IMG/VR virus record: IMGVR_UViG_3300045988_116318
Coordinates: 84,184 to 148,183 of that record
Length of the DNA stretch: 64,000 nucleotides
Strand: one strand, 5' to 3'
Source of the DNA: a virus
The notes under the pieces: generated by a model
Databases searched by the model: none
What the model was told of the DNA's origin: nothing
The model's input: the letters and a program-made list of their open reading frames with translations, nothing else
Position numbers and translations under genes: made by a program
In this document: positions 47,823 through 57,243 of the stretch, piece after piece
Numbering within the stretch: position 1 is the first letter of the stretch
Layout: every line of letters starts with the position of its first letter

Positions 47823-48659
47823 TTAAAAATCAATTACCGCCCGAACCCTGCTACTGTTGTACTTGTCACTGTAGTACGCGCTACCAATGGAGAAGTCCAC
47901 GTACCACGCGACGCTCGGGCTGCTCTCGGTACTGGATCTATACCACGTCGAGGAGAGGGGAGATGCCGAAACATAAGCGAATGCTTTGTTTAGTTCGTCC
48001 ATATAATGGGCCATTAAATTTAATTGACCAAGAGATGGTATATACTCGCCATCTTTCAGCAAATTTTTCAACTTTGGATTTCTGGCTACAAGGCGTTCCG
48101 TATTGCCGCGTCCATCAATATCAAACAGCGCATCACATTTACGTTCGTAATATGTCTCACTTCCGGATTCTTTACGGCTATCATTGTCAAGCAACCGTAC
48201 ACTATCATGCTCCTCCAGCGAGATAGCAAACGATACGTCTTTGTGTTTTAATCCGATATAACGCACATTCTCTTTAATATTCTCTCCAGTAAACGGCTCA
48301 GCGTGTCCGTTTCCGTAGATTAGATACAAACCATCTTTTCTTGATGGTACTCTATTTTCACATACGCATCTTTCATTTTTTGGTCTTACAATTATGTTCA
48401 ACTCATTCAACACATGATCTTTTATGACTTCCTTGCTTATTCTTTCTACAAAACCATAATTCCTTTGTTTAAGCTCATCATTTACCATACATCTGATCCA
48501 ATTTTCTATCTGATTGTTTCCTCCGTATGTATTATGCATGCACCTTTTTACAAGCTTTTCCAATAATGGTTCTATGTTTTTGATTATATCTTCTTTGGTA
48601 AGGTGAAGTTCATTTAGTATGCAATTTCTTACCGCCTTGTATTCTTTACTTGTGCTCAT
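47823..48659 (-). CDS. hypothetical protein with DUF1566 (Lcl C-terminal)-like domain (278 aa)
   Basis: C-terminal WYRSSTESSPSVAWYVDFSIGSAYYSDKYNSSRVRAVIDF resembles the yWSST...aW.v.f..G....K....VRcVr motif. Confidence 0.5.
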   Translation of the reverse strand: MSTSKEYKAVRNCILNELHLTKEDIIKNIEPLLEKLVKRCMHNTYGGNNQIENWIRCMVNDELKQRNYGFVERISKEVIKDHVLNELNIIVRPKNERCVCENRVPSRKDGLYLIYGNGHAEPFTGENIKENVRYIGLKHKDVSFAISLEEHDSVRLLDNDSRKESGSETYYERKCDALFDIDGRGNTERLVARNPKLKNLLKDGEYIPSLGQLNLMAHYMDELNKAFAYVSASPLSSTWYRSSTESSPSVAWYVDFSIGSAYYSDKYNSSRVRAVIDF

Positions 48660-48811
48660 AATATATCTACTTAATACTGTGAATTATATTTTCTCTCTCC
48701 CACTGTCTTCCCCTATAGGATTATTCCATCCGTATTTTACAGCCATAGCTTTAAATAGAGGAAGTCCATAAAATCTATAATCATTCTCAGGATGAGCATA
48801 TACTGTTGATT

Positions 48812-49474
48812 TCATTTCAGTTCTTTAATTAAAGCATCCGCATATATTACAGCTAATTCAGCCGCCTTATCACACGTCTCCAATATTAATTCACCGTGAG
48901 GTCCACGCCCTGATACGGATGTGATCGGAAGCATGGTTTTTGCCATCTCGTATCTACGTTGTTCCCAATCTACATGGGTGTTACACGGTTCTTGATTGAC
49001 CTGTATATATCTTCCTTCAATATTAGAAGATCTTAATGTTTCCGCATTCTCTTCGCCGAATGCAACCAGAATAGACCCACATCCTGGACTTTCACCTATT
49101 GTTCCATCTTCTCTGTGGAATTTTATCCTTCCTTTCATGAACAATATACCTTTTGCTTTCGGGAATACAACATTCTGAAACATCTTATTGTCAAGACGAT
49201 TAAAAAGAAGAGCTATTCCATTATTGTGCTCTACCATACGAGTAATAAAATGCTCTATAGTCGGTCTTGAATAAGGTGGGTTTAACCATACCCTTCCTTC
49301 CCATTTTTGTTTTAATCCATCTTGCTCTTTGTTATACATAACCCTGGCTGTCCTCCATAACGGACGCATAGGCGCACATGGATCTAAATCAAATTCCCCT
49401 AAAGCGTCTATAATTTCTTTAGGTGTGTACCATTCATCTGTACTGTTTTTAGATTTCTCAAATGATGTATTCAT
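48812..49474 (-). CDS. dam: DNA N6-adenine methyltransferase, phage Dam-type (220 aa)
   Basis: N-terminal DEWYTPKEIIDALGEFDLDPCA and catalytic WLNPPYS (NPPY motif IV). Confidence 0.75.
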   Translation of the reverse strand: MNTSFEKSKNSTDEWYTPKEIIDALGEFDLDPCAPMRPLWRTARVMYNKEQDGLKQKWEGRVWLNPPYSRPTIEHFITRMVEHNNGIALLFNRLDNKMFQNVVFPKAKGILFMKGRIKFHREDGTIGESPGCGSILVAFGEENAETLRSSNIEGRYIQVNQEPCNTHVDWEQRRYEMAKTMLPITSVSGRGPHGELILETCDKAAELAVIYADALIKELK

Positions 49475-49492
49475 ATATCTATGTTTTATAAG

Positions 49493-50155
49493 TTAATCCC
49501 ATCCTCCAGTAGTGTACAAAGATACATCTTCCTCCTCTACATTTACACCTTTAAGAGCCTGTAGAAGTTTTTTCTTTGTCTCCCTACACATATTGTAACC
49601 ATACCCCTTATACTTATATGACCTTTCCCATGTACTTACCGGAAAAGGGATATTCTCGTCAATAACCAGCCTCTTCATATGAAGATGTTCGAAGAATTTC
49701 TCATGGTATAGAAGTTTATACTCGTATCCTACTATATCAGTAAATGAGAATGGAAAATAATCATCTTCTTTTTCTTCGTATTTAGGCTCCTTATAGTAAG
49801 CCATTTTTGTCACAGTAAAATCGAAGCTCCTAAGAATCTCTTCTGGCTTTCCAAACTCTGACTCTATGAACTCTATCCATACCTTTTCTCCCTCTTTCTG
49901 GAACGCACATACCTTCTCATTTCTGTACTTAAATTTCCATCCTTCTTTCTGATGTTTTTCATCATTGAACAAATCAATAGCTTCCTGAAAATCGCTTTCA
50001 CTTTCAAAGAAAATATCAATATCTTTTACTTTTTCTCCGGAAAGGATATTCTTAAAACATCCACCAGCTATGAATCCTTTGTGGCCTTCCATATACTTGT
50101 CAAGCCATCTTATTTGCCAGAAATTATCTGGAGTATCTATTACAAAATTGTTCAT
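49493..50155 (-). CDS. Pol-beta-superfamily nucleotidyltransferase, CCA-adding/poly(A)-polymerase head-domain-like (220 aa)
   Basis: IAGGCFKNILSGEKVKDIDIFF matches GGxVRDxLLGxxxxDxDi. LRSFDFTVTKMAY matches RRDFTINAm. Confidence 0.55.
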   Translation of the reverse strand: MNNFVIDTPDNFWQIRWLDKYMEGHKGFIAGGCFKNILSGEKVKDIDIFFESESDFQEAIDLFNDEKHQKEGWKFKYRNEKVCAFQKEGEKVWIEFIESEFGKPEEILRSFDFTVTKMAYYKEPKYEEKEDDYFPFSFTDIVGYEYKLLYHEKFFEHLHMKRLVIDENIPFPVSTWERSYKYKGYGYNMCRETKKKLLQALKGVNVEEEDVSLYTTGGWD

Positions 50156-50173
50156 ATCGTTTATATTTTACTG

Positions 50174-50428
50174 TTACCATGCGAGATAAAAATTCCGCTT
50201 CACAATAATACAGTGAGTGTAATTACTCAGATCAATTCCATTATTCGTAAATGTATCCAGGACCCGTTTTTCCACGTATTTGAGTTTTACCGTTATCCCC
50301 TTCTTAAACACTTCTATTAACTTCTCATTGCACTCAATAGGTCCAATAAGACAGTATCTATTCGAAGGGCTGTCTGATATACAATATGTCTGACATCCTA
50401 ACATGTTGCTTAAAATATTCTCATACAT
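50174..50428 (-). CDS. hypothetical protein (84 aa)
   Basis: ORF. Confidence 0.45.
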   Translation of the reverse strand: MYENILSNMLGCQTYCISDSPSNRYCLIGPIECNEKLIEVFKKGITVKLKYVEKRVLDTFTNNGIDLSNYTHCIIVKRNFYLAW

Positions 50429-50432
50429 ATTT

Positions 50433-50912
50433 TTATGATTTTAATATAGTGTCTACAAACTCCGTTATTTTATCAACAGATTCCTTTGACAAGGTATATC
50501 TTCTCCAATCCCATCTAAAATGCGCCTTTGGTAGATTTTTGGTAGAATATTTTTCATTTCCATCTTTATTAGTCCATTTATAATTATCATCCGGATCTGC
50601 GACTTTTAAGCCTGATTTAGGTCCGTTACGAAAGCTATATAGCATTCTTATAACTGATTCAAAGTCGCTATGTATCTCGAATAACATGTGATACACTTTG
50701 TTTATTAAAGCTCGGTCTTCTGACTTCAGATCTTCCCCGATCAATTCTCTAACGCTCCAATCCTTCAGTTCTGAATAACTTATAAAATTGAGCTTCCCAG
50801 GCTTCATAATAAGACCATCCCTTGATAATGCAAGTTCCAAGTCTTTCACAAATGATTCTTTCAGTTTCTTTTGTCCTAATAGAGCGGTGTATTTACTTAC
50901 CATGTTCATCAC
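50433..50912 (-). CDS. hypothetical protein (159 aa)
   Basis: ORF, GTG start. Confidence 0.55.
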   Translation of the reverse strand: MMNMVSKYTALLGQKKLKESFVKDLELALSRDGLIMKPGKLNFISYSELKDWSVRELIGEDLKSEDRALINKVYHMLFEIHSDFESVIRMLYSFRNGPKSGLKVADPDDNYKWTNKDGNEKYSTKNLPKAHFRWDWRRYTLSKESVDKITEFVDTILKS

Positions 50913-51179
50913 CCAAAGTTTTTCAATATTGTTCCAAATGAATCGTATTTGATTCCTAATATATCATGTGGTCGGTTAGAGCCACATTCACATTCGCCAA
51001 CTCTTGCGCCGGACCCGCACTCGCATAAGTCGATCCCCTAATGGTTGACGCAGTGGTTGCAGCAGCAGGACTGGTGAAGCCATGTGGCATCACCAGCATC
51101 CAAATCCAATCTTTCAAATGTTTCCCAAAACATGCTATTCGAAGCACCATTATCAAAATTGATAGTGACTGCTCTGCAT

Positions 51180-51455
51180 TTACATTTTTGTATGTATTCG
51201 ATTTTCATATGTATATTCTATTTTCAAAATATCTGGGGACAGATATTCTTGTAACTCTAATTTGCGTATTGGGACAAGACAATCCAGATGTTCATCGTCC
51301 ATTTCTTGCTTATCTTCGTCTACCCACATCAACGTGCCACATTCATAACATTCGGGGCACTTGTCAGCTCCACATGGAAGAAGCATTTGCGCTCCACATT
51401 TAGTACATCTTACCCAGTCACCATGCCGTATTCCTTCGTATGTTCTTGTTTTCAT
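51180..51455 (-). CDS. Zn-ribbon small protein (91 aa)
   Basis: CTKCG...CGADKCPECYECG. Confidence 0.5.
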   Translation of the reverse strand: MKTRTYEGIRHGDWVRCTKCGAQMLLPCGADKCPECYECGTLMWVDEDKQEMDDEHLDCLVPIRKLELQEYLSPDILKIEYTYENRIHTKM

Positions 51456-51595
51456 ATTTATTGTTTATCATTTATAACATTTACTTCTTCGCTCCACAAA
51501 TGTCTCTTATATATCGGAGTGATGCCAATCAGAAAATTCTTGTATTCCTCCTTTGTTCCTGTCATAAGGAGAAAAATCGGATAATTTTACCGTTT

Positions 51596-52334
51596 TCATT
51601 TTTTTTCTGGATTTTCAGTAATTCCCAAAAGACACTCGTTACCCTCAAAAGGAATACAATGAATAAACACCACCCCATTCAAACATTCATATTTAGTCTC
51701 CCCATCCTGATCGTCTGTAATTGTTCTTATGAATAAATTGCCCTCCCAATTGTCATCTTCATAATATTTTACTAACACTTTGTCAAACGGCTTAAAATCA
51801 TATTTCGGCTTTTCTTCAATTCCGAAGAAACGTTTCAGATACTCCTTAGCCTTTGGATTATTGCTTGCCTTTAATGCGCAAATCATCATCTGTTTTTCCG
51901 AATCTGTTGCAAGTCTATAACGTTCTATATTGTTTTCGTTTGCAGCAATATCATCCGATATATTAAGACTTGTTCCCGCTGCAAGACTCGCATACAAAGA
52001 TGTTAAATATTCCCCATGTATATTTAAAATAAAAATAAAACTTCCGTCTTCGTTGCTTAACACATCTCCATCTTTAAATGTAGTATATTCCGGGACTTCA
52101 AGAAGGAGGCGATTTTCGCTGCTAAATGCTTTTCCTGTAGCAGAAAACCAATCTGCCGATACAGAAATAGAATGAATTACAACCAATAACGGACAAATTG
52201 ACGAATTGTCTTCATATACGATTTCTGCTCTATTTCGTCCTTTCTCTGTCACAATCTGACCTACTCTTTCCCCTATGTTTATTTTTTTTCGCCGTTTCTA
52301 AATCAAACGGGATTGTTACCATTTTATATTCCAT
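51596..52334 (-). pseudogene. frameshifted paralog of downstream-encoded 247-aa protein (+1 A in an A8 tract at 52282-52289)
   Basis: Frame from ATG 52334 (MEYKMVTIPFDLETAKK) stops after 33 codons. After the A8 run the -1 frame continues (INIGERVGQIVTEKG...ECLNGVVFIHCIPFEGNECLLGITENPEKK). Both segments align to the paralog 52339..53082 (MENPIIVPFDLNTARKIKSGEIEGSVLIG...). Confidence 0.55.
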
Positions 52335-52338
52335 AATC

Positions 52339-53082
52339 TTATTTGTTTTTATTGGTTCCTAAAAGATGCTCATTTCCTTGGTATGGAATACACTCTTTGT
52401 ATCTCAAACCTCCCAAGCATTCATATTTGTATTCTTCTTCTCTTACTCTGGCAAATAAGTGTAGATTCCAATTTCCCAAATTGCTTGCTCTCACCAAGAC
52501 TTGATCGAATGGCTTAAAATCGCATTTCTTTTCTTTAGTCAGCAAGTATTCGTACTCACTTAGATATTGTTTTATTATTCCTGCTTTTTTAAGGTTTTCT
52601 GTATTAGCAATTCTTTCAGCAAAAGATTTTTTCTCTTCCTCTGTGGCTAATCTAACATACTTGGATTTATCCTCCACACACACACTTGTCCATATTGGAA
52701 CTTCTTCAGATGTAATCTCGCCATATGCCGATATACCATATATGCATCCCATATCTCCTTCTCTATTAATAATACCATTATATATAAATGGGTTCCCAAG
52801 CGTGCTTATTAATACATCTCCTTTCTTAAAATACGCTCCAGCCTCTACTTCCAATTCCAGAACGTTGTTGAAAAAAGTACGACCTTCTGTATCGGCATAT
52901 ATAGCACTTATCCCAGATTCATCTTTTTTTACAAAAAGTAAATTATAACGATCTGCACAGTCTTTTGACTCATATACAAATTCTATTTTAATATTACCAA
53001 TTAATACTGAACCTTCTATTTCTCCGCTTTTAATTTTTCTCGCCGTATTTAAATCAAACGGAACAATAATTGGATTTTCCAT
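52339..53082 (-). CDS. hypothetical protein (247 aa), intact paralog
   Basis: Shares N-terminal IPFDL-TA-K and C-terminal DFKPFD.VLV...KYECL.G.....CIP..GNE.LLG with the adjacent frameshifted copy. Confidence 0.65.
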   Translation of the reverse strand: MENPIIVPFDLNTARKIKSGEIEGSVLIGNIKIEFVYESKDCADRYNLLFVKKDESGISAIYADTEGRTFFNNVLELEVEAGAYFKKGDVLISTLGNPFIYNGIINREGDMGCIYGISAYGEITSEEVPIWTSVCVEDKSKYVRLATEEEKKSFAERIANTENLKKAGIIKQYLSEYEYLLTKEKKCDFKPFDQVLVRASNLGNWNLHLFARVREEEYKYECLGGLRYKECIPYQGNEHLLGTNKNK

Positions 53083-53128
53083 ATCTTTTTATTTTTAATT
53101 ATGTAATCAATAAAACAAGATGGGTTAC

Positions 53129-54190
53129 TTAAACCCATCCCAGTTGTTTTGCTATTCTCTCCATTTCGTTATATGCTATCCTATGACATCCAGCGGTTAG
53201 CAAATCGTTTTCGTACCGATTTAGACTCCACTGGTGACCGGTGATGTCCTCCACCAGACCGTGCCGAAACTCGGCGCCCCGGTGCATTGCCGACACAGCC
53301 CTCCACAGTTTTCTGGCTTCTGCTATTCCAATCTTTATCTGTTTACTTGTCTCAATAATATTTCCTTTTATACGAATCCAGGCGTTAGGTTTTTCACCAG
53401 GAATATAGAAAGGTGTATTCAAGAAATTGATTTCTCCTGACTTCCACTCTTCCAGTTTTTCATCAAAATCCTTGTAACGGGCTTCTTCTTCCTTTCTTAA
53501 TCTCTCTAATTTTATTCTTTCTCTTTCTTCCTCACCCTTTCTCCATCTTTCAGATCTTTCTGAATACTTAATCCATGTACCTTCCCCGCAAACTTCATCA
53601 ACAATCACATTTACGGTCCCTAACACTTTTAATCCTTGATGATCCAATAAAATTTGAAAGATGCGTTTTAATTCATGTACGTGCTTACGCTTGATACTAT
53701 CTCCGCTCTTGGATAATTCATGATTGGTTCCAAGCCAATCATTAGCACTCTTTTTAAGGATACTCTTAGCAGTCCCCATGTTAAAGAACTGAATGTAATC
53801 CATCATATTCCCAAAAGCGCCCCAAATATCTGTATAAGATAATTCTGTTTTAGCTCTTTTGTATTTTTCAATAGACTTCTTAATTGATTCCAGTTTGCTG
53901 GCAACAAACCTCATATTACCAGTATCCGATATATTATCCCCTACACTGAAAACCATTGCCCAAGTTGGTATCGCATTACGAACATAGCGTTGATGTTTGC
54001 TCGTGGTAGCAGAATAATAATCTTCATTTATCAGGTATGCTTTCTTCCCTTGTTTGTTTTTTACTATTCTCCCGACTTCAAAGTGATGCCCATAAGAATA
54101 AATACTTGTACCTACAAAGAAGAAATTGCTCCCTGATGCTGATTCTTCTTGTTCATGAGCCCACAAGTGAGCGACCATTGAATTGTTCAT
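53129..54190 (-). CDS. hypothetical protein (353 aa) with charged ERxxLERLRKEEE coiled-coil segment
   Basis: ORF. Confidence 0.65.
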   Translation of the reverse strand: MNNSMVAHLWAHEQEESASGSNFFFVGTSIYSYGHHFEVGRIVKNKQGKKAYLINEDYYSATTSKHQRYVRNAIPTWAMVFSVGDNISDTGNMRFVASKLESIKKSIEKYKRAKTELSYTDIWGAFGNMMDYIQFFNMGTAKSILKKSANDWLGTNHELSKSGDSIKRKHVHELKRIFQILLDHQGLKVLGTVNVIVDEVCGEGTWIKYSERSERWRKGEEERERIKLERLRKEEEARYKDFDEKLEEWKSGEINFLNTPFYIPGEKPNAWIRIKGNIIETSKQIKIGIAEARKLWRAVSAMHRGAEFRHGLVEDITGHQWSLNRYENDLLTAGCHRIAYNEMERIAKQLGWV

Positions 54191-54202
54191 ATAAATATCT
54201 TT

Positions 54203-54493
54203 TTAATTGTTTAACTTACCTCTACTATATAATCCTCTTTGTTCATATTTTTCAATACATTCGGTTATCATATCGCAGAACACTTGCCCTTCTTTTTCGG
54301 AACCTCTGAAGTAACCAATCATCTTCAGGATATTCCCGTTAAACTCATGGACAAACTTGTTATAATAATGTTCACCCATTACCCGTCCGTATTTTTCTAC
54401 GAACAAATCCTTGTCCAGTGATTCATCCTTAAAGCAACGGTTGTAATCCCATCTTACGATACGAAACAATGTTTCAAAATTCAATCTTTCCAT
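54203..54493 (-). CDS. hypothetical protein (96 aa)
   Basis: ORF. Confidence 0.5.
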   Translation of the reverse strand: MERLNFETLFRIVRWDYNRCFKDESLDKDLFVEKYGRVMGEHYYNKFVHEFNGNILKMIGYFRGSEKEGQVFCDMITECIEKYEQRGLYSRGKLNN

Positions 54494-54603
54494 ATCTTGT
54501 ATTTTATGGATTTCCTCACATTCTTCATCCGTTAATCCAGTGTAATCATCATTGATTAACGGGCAAGCCTAATAAGAAGGCAGTCTGTATCTTATTACCT
54601 CTA

Positions 54604-55029
54604 TCATAGCTTTATCAGTTCACAATTTGCATCTTCAAATACCGGAATCATCCCTTGTTCTCTAAAATAAGCAGTGGCCACTTTAAAGGCATACAGCGGA
54701 TTTACTTTCTGGATTTCCCGCTGTGATTTGTAGAAAGATAACGGTTTACATACATAGAAGTTTTCATTGCCAAGACTCCCAAAAAGCCAATCCATACTAC
54801 CTTCATCACAATTAGTGCCACCCAGTATTATTAAATCACATCCGGTCTTTCGGGTTCCAAGAATAAATATCTTATTCTTGTTTTCCGGTTGCATAAATAT
54901 CTCCCTGTCAATCCTAAACCAGTCGCCTTGGCAACTCTCCACATCCCGGCGAACAATTTCGTCAATTTCAAGTGCATATTCTTCTTGTGTTTTCATAAAA
55001 TATGTTATTAAAATGTTCAATAATTTCAT
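54604..55029 (-). CDS. hypothetical protein (141 aa)
   Basis: ORF. Confidence 0.55.
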   Translation of the reverse strand: MKLLNILITYFMKTQEEYALEIDEIVRRDVESCQGDWFRIDREIFMQPENKNKIFILGTRKTGCDLIILGGTNCDEGSMDWLFGSLGNENFYVCKPLSFYKSQREIQKVNPLYAFKVATAYFREQGMIPVFEDANCELIKL

Positions 55030-55139
55030 CTACTGTAGCCTTACGCCACGCGAAGCAGGCCGCGTCTCCTCTGAACCTGGGCTCTTCGCACTCTCCCCGC
55101 CTGTCTTCTGTGGCGTCCGTCACTATCAGCCATTATAAC

Positions 55140-55949
55140 CTATTCTTCTAAGCCATTCTCTATCATGACTTCCTTTATCAATTCATCTGTCTCCTCGTAA
55201 CATCCCCAGCAAGAATCAACCTCTTCCCATTCTTCTCCCTCTTCATCCTCCCTGGATTCATCTTTGTATTTCTTGACAAATTTCACTTTCTTTTCAAGAA
55301 CGTACCCTTTTACATCTCCCCACATCCACATACCTATGGACTTTACCTCATTATCTATAATCTTGGCACAATCTTCTTTCCAATCTCCTTCTTTGTCGCA
55401 GACTTCATTATCATATTTTTCTTTTGTAGCGTATGCTATCCCTTTTATATAATCACCTTGACTATAACCCCTTGTTGACCACTCTATAGCCACCACATCT
55501 TTTCCGTATTTGGATATGATATCTAACAAATCTTCGTCATCCATATCCTCTATTAATTCTCCTCTGTAATCAAAGTCCGTCAAATCACTTGGAAAAAACT
55601 CTTGACCTATATATGGACTTGTCTTATGCTTCAACTCCCATACATTGTTACCTCTGTTGTATGTGAATGAGATCTCATTCGCTTCCCCTTTCTTTAAATA
55701 TTTTACAATGTCTTTCTGTTTTATATGCTTCATTACAATAGCATCAATAACATCTCTAAGATCATGCTTGTTATCGTAGAAGAAAGTTTTCCAATTGCAT
55801 TCATCATGCAATCGATGCATATCAGAGTATTCAAAAAAGAATGACCCAAACAAACCCCAATTAGTTATAGGGCATTCTGAATCACGGCAATAATACACTT
55901 TAATGCGATAATCGCCTACTTCTTTTGTTGTGATAAGATCGTCTTCCAT
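55140..55949 (-). CDS. hypothetical acidic protein (269 aa)
   Basis: ORF. Asp/Glu-rich C-terminus. Confidence 0.6.
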   Translation of the reverse strand: MEDDLITTKEVGDYRIKVYYCRDSECPITNWGLFGSFFFEYSDMHRLHDECNWKTFFYDNKHDLRDVIDAIVMKHIKQKDIVKYLKKGEANEISFTYNRGNNVWELKHKTSPYIGQEFFPSDLTDFDYRGELIEDMDDEDLLDIISKYGKDVVAIEWSTRGYSQGDYIKGIAYATKEKYDNEVCDKEGDWKEDCAKIIDNEVKSIGMWMWGDVKGYVLEKKVKFVKKYKDESREDEEGEEWEEVDSCWGCYEETDELIKEVMIENGLEE

Positions 55950-55960
55950 GTCTTTATATT

Positions 55961-56413
55961 TTAAATAGTTCTTAATTTTTCTTCGATAAATTCATCTATT
56001 ACATCATAGTATGATCCATCAAAATCACAATTCCCATATTTCTCTGTAAACTCTTTGTTCCACTCTTGAATGATGTTAAATGCCTCTTCCCTACTACATT
56101 CTTTTAGTCTCATTAGATCATCTACGGCTGTCACCGACATCTCTTGCAGATTTCGTAAATAATTCAAATCTATGCTATATGGTAGCTTACCTACTTCTAT
56201 ACATACATGATGATCTTGTTTAAAGGCATCCTGCAAGTCTTCAAGACTCTCTATCAATGACTCGGACTCATCATCTACCCTCACCTTGTATAACTCAAAA
56301 TCTTCATTTTCTGCCGACACCCATATCTTGTAGGCTTTTTCGTTGGACAATCTTTTCCAAACAAATCCGTCACTGAACACAATTAGGCTACCTGTTACTA
56401 TCGTTTCTTTCAT
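55961..56413 (-). CDS. hypothetical protein (150 aa)
   Basis: GAGGAGG RBS upstream. Confidence 0.55.
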   Translation of the reverse strand: MKETIVTGSLIVFSDGFVWKRLSNEKAYKIWVSAENEDFELYKVRVDDESESLIESLEDLQDAFKQDHHVCIEVGKLPYSIDLNYLRNLQEMSVTAVDDLMRLKECSREEAFNIIQEWNKEFTEKYGNCDFDGSYYDVIDEFIEEKLRTI

Positions 56414-56694
56414 TTTTCTTCCTCCTCATTATCCCATCCTAAACAAGAATCTAAATGTGAAATAAAAATTGTAGCTCCCTTATTTTCTTCTACAGTAGGA
56501 TACTCTACCTCATAATAGTCAAATTCAGAGCTCTCTAATCCGACCCTATCTTCATCCCATCCATTTTTGGTTCCATCCTCTGCCATTTCTTTAAGTTTTT
56601 CCAAAGCCTCTTCTGGTGTTTCTGCTTCAATGGATAATCTATCTTTCATCCATCCATAAACCCTTCTTTCTACTTCAAATATAAATTCTTTCAT
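56410..56694 (-). CDS. hypothetical acidic protein (94 aa)
   Basis: ORF. Confidence 0.5.
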   Translation of the reverse strand: MKEFIFEVERRVYGWMKDRLSIEAETPEEALEKLKEMAEDGTKNGWDEDRVGLESSEFDYYEVEYPTVEENKGATIFISHLDSCLGWDNEEEEK

Positions 56695-56734
56695 TTCGCT
56701 ATTTTTTTTTGTTTATTATATTTCACATCTTGTA

Positions 56735-57055
56735 TCAAACAACCTCCTTGGAAGTATTATTTAATGGTGATTCCTTCAATCTCTTTAGATTAAATCCTAT
56801 CATATTCCCACACTGTGGACACTTAAAACCATAAGGTTCACTAACCATCCTGTCACTTCTGTTGCACATCATACAGTATGGGCGCCATCCGTCATACCAT
56901 GTCCCTCCCTTGGCTTCCTTCAATCTTCTCAACTTTTCTTTTTCTGGAAGATCTATATTCTGTTTTAGTGTTTCCATTAATCTGTTGTTTACCGTGATAA
57001 TATCAATATCTGAGACATCAAAACATAATACAGCTATTTTGATTTTCGCTTCCAT
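56735..57055 (-). CDS. Zn-ribbon protein (106 aa)
   Basis: CMMCNRSDRMVSEPYGFKCPQCGNM. Confidence 0.5.
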   Translation of the reverse strand: MEAKIKIAVLCFDVSDIDIITVNNRLMETLKQNIDLPEKEKLRRLKEAKGGTWYDGWRPYCMMCNRSDRMVSEPYGFKCPQCGNMIGFNLKRLKESPLNNTSKEVV

Positions 57056-57243
57056 GATTGTTTATTGTTCTACATCAATAATCCCATACTCTGCTACTTC
57101 CAACACATCCTGCACTATTTCCGGATAGTCAGTCGTATCTAACGAAGCATCTTGAACGTATGCTTCCGCTAATTTCTTGGCTTCTTCAAACGATTCGGCT
57201 TGTATATATAAATCAAGCGTCAATGAAAACGGATATAACATAG

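Noticed and set aside
50956-51156. 66-aa - strand ORF in the GC-rich island as a protein-coding gene
   Set aside because: It has Ala/Thr-rich atypical composition and an equally long overlapping + ORF. It is treated as a non-coding or uncertain region and flagged as a compositional anomaly instead.
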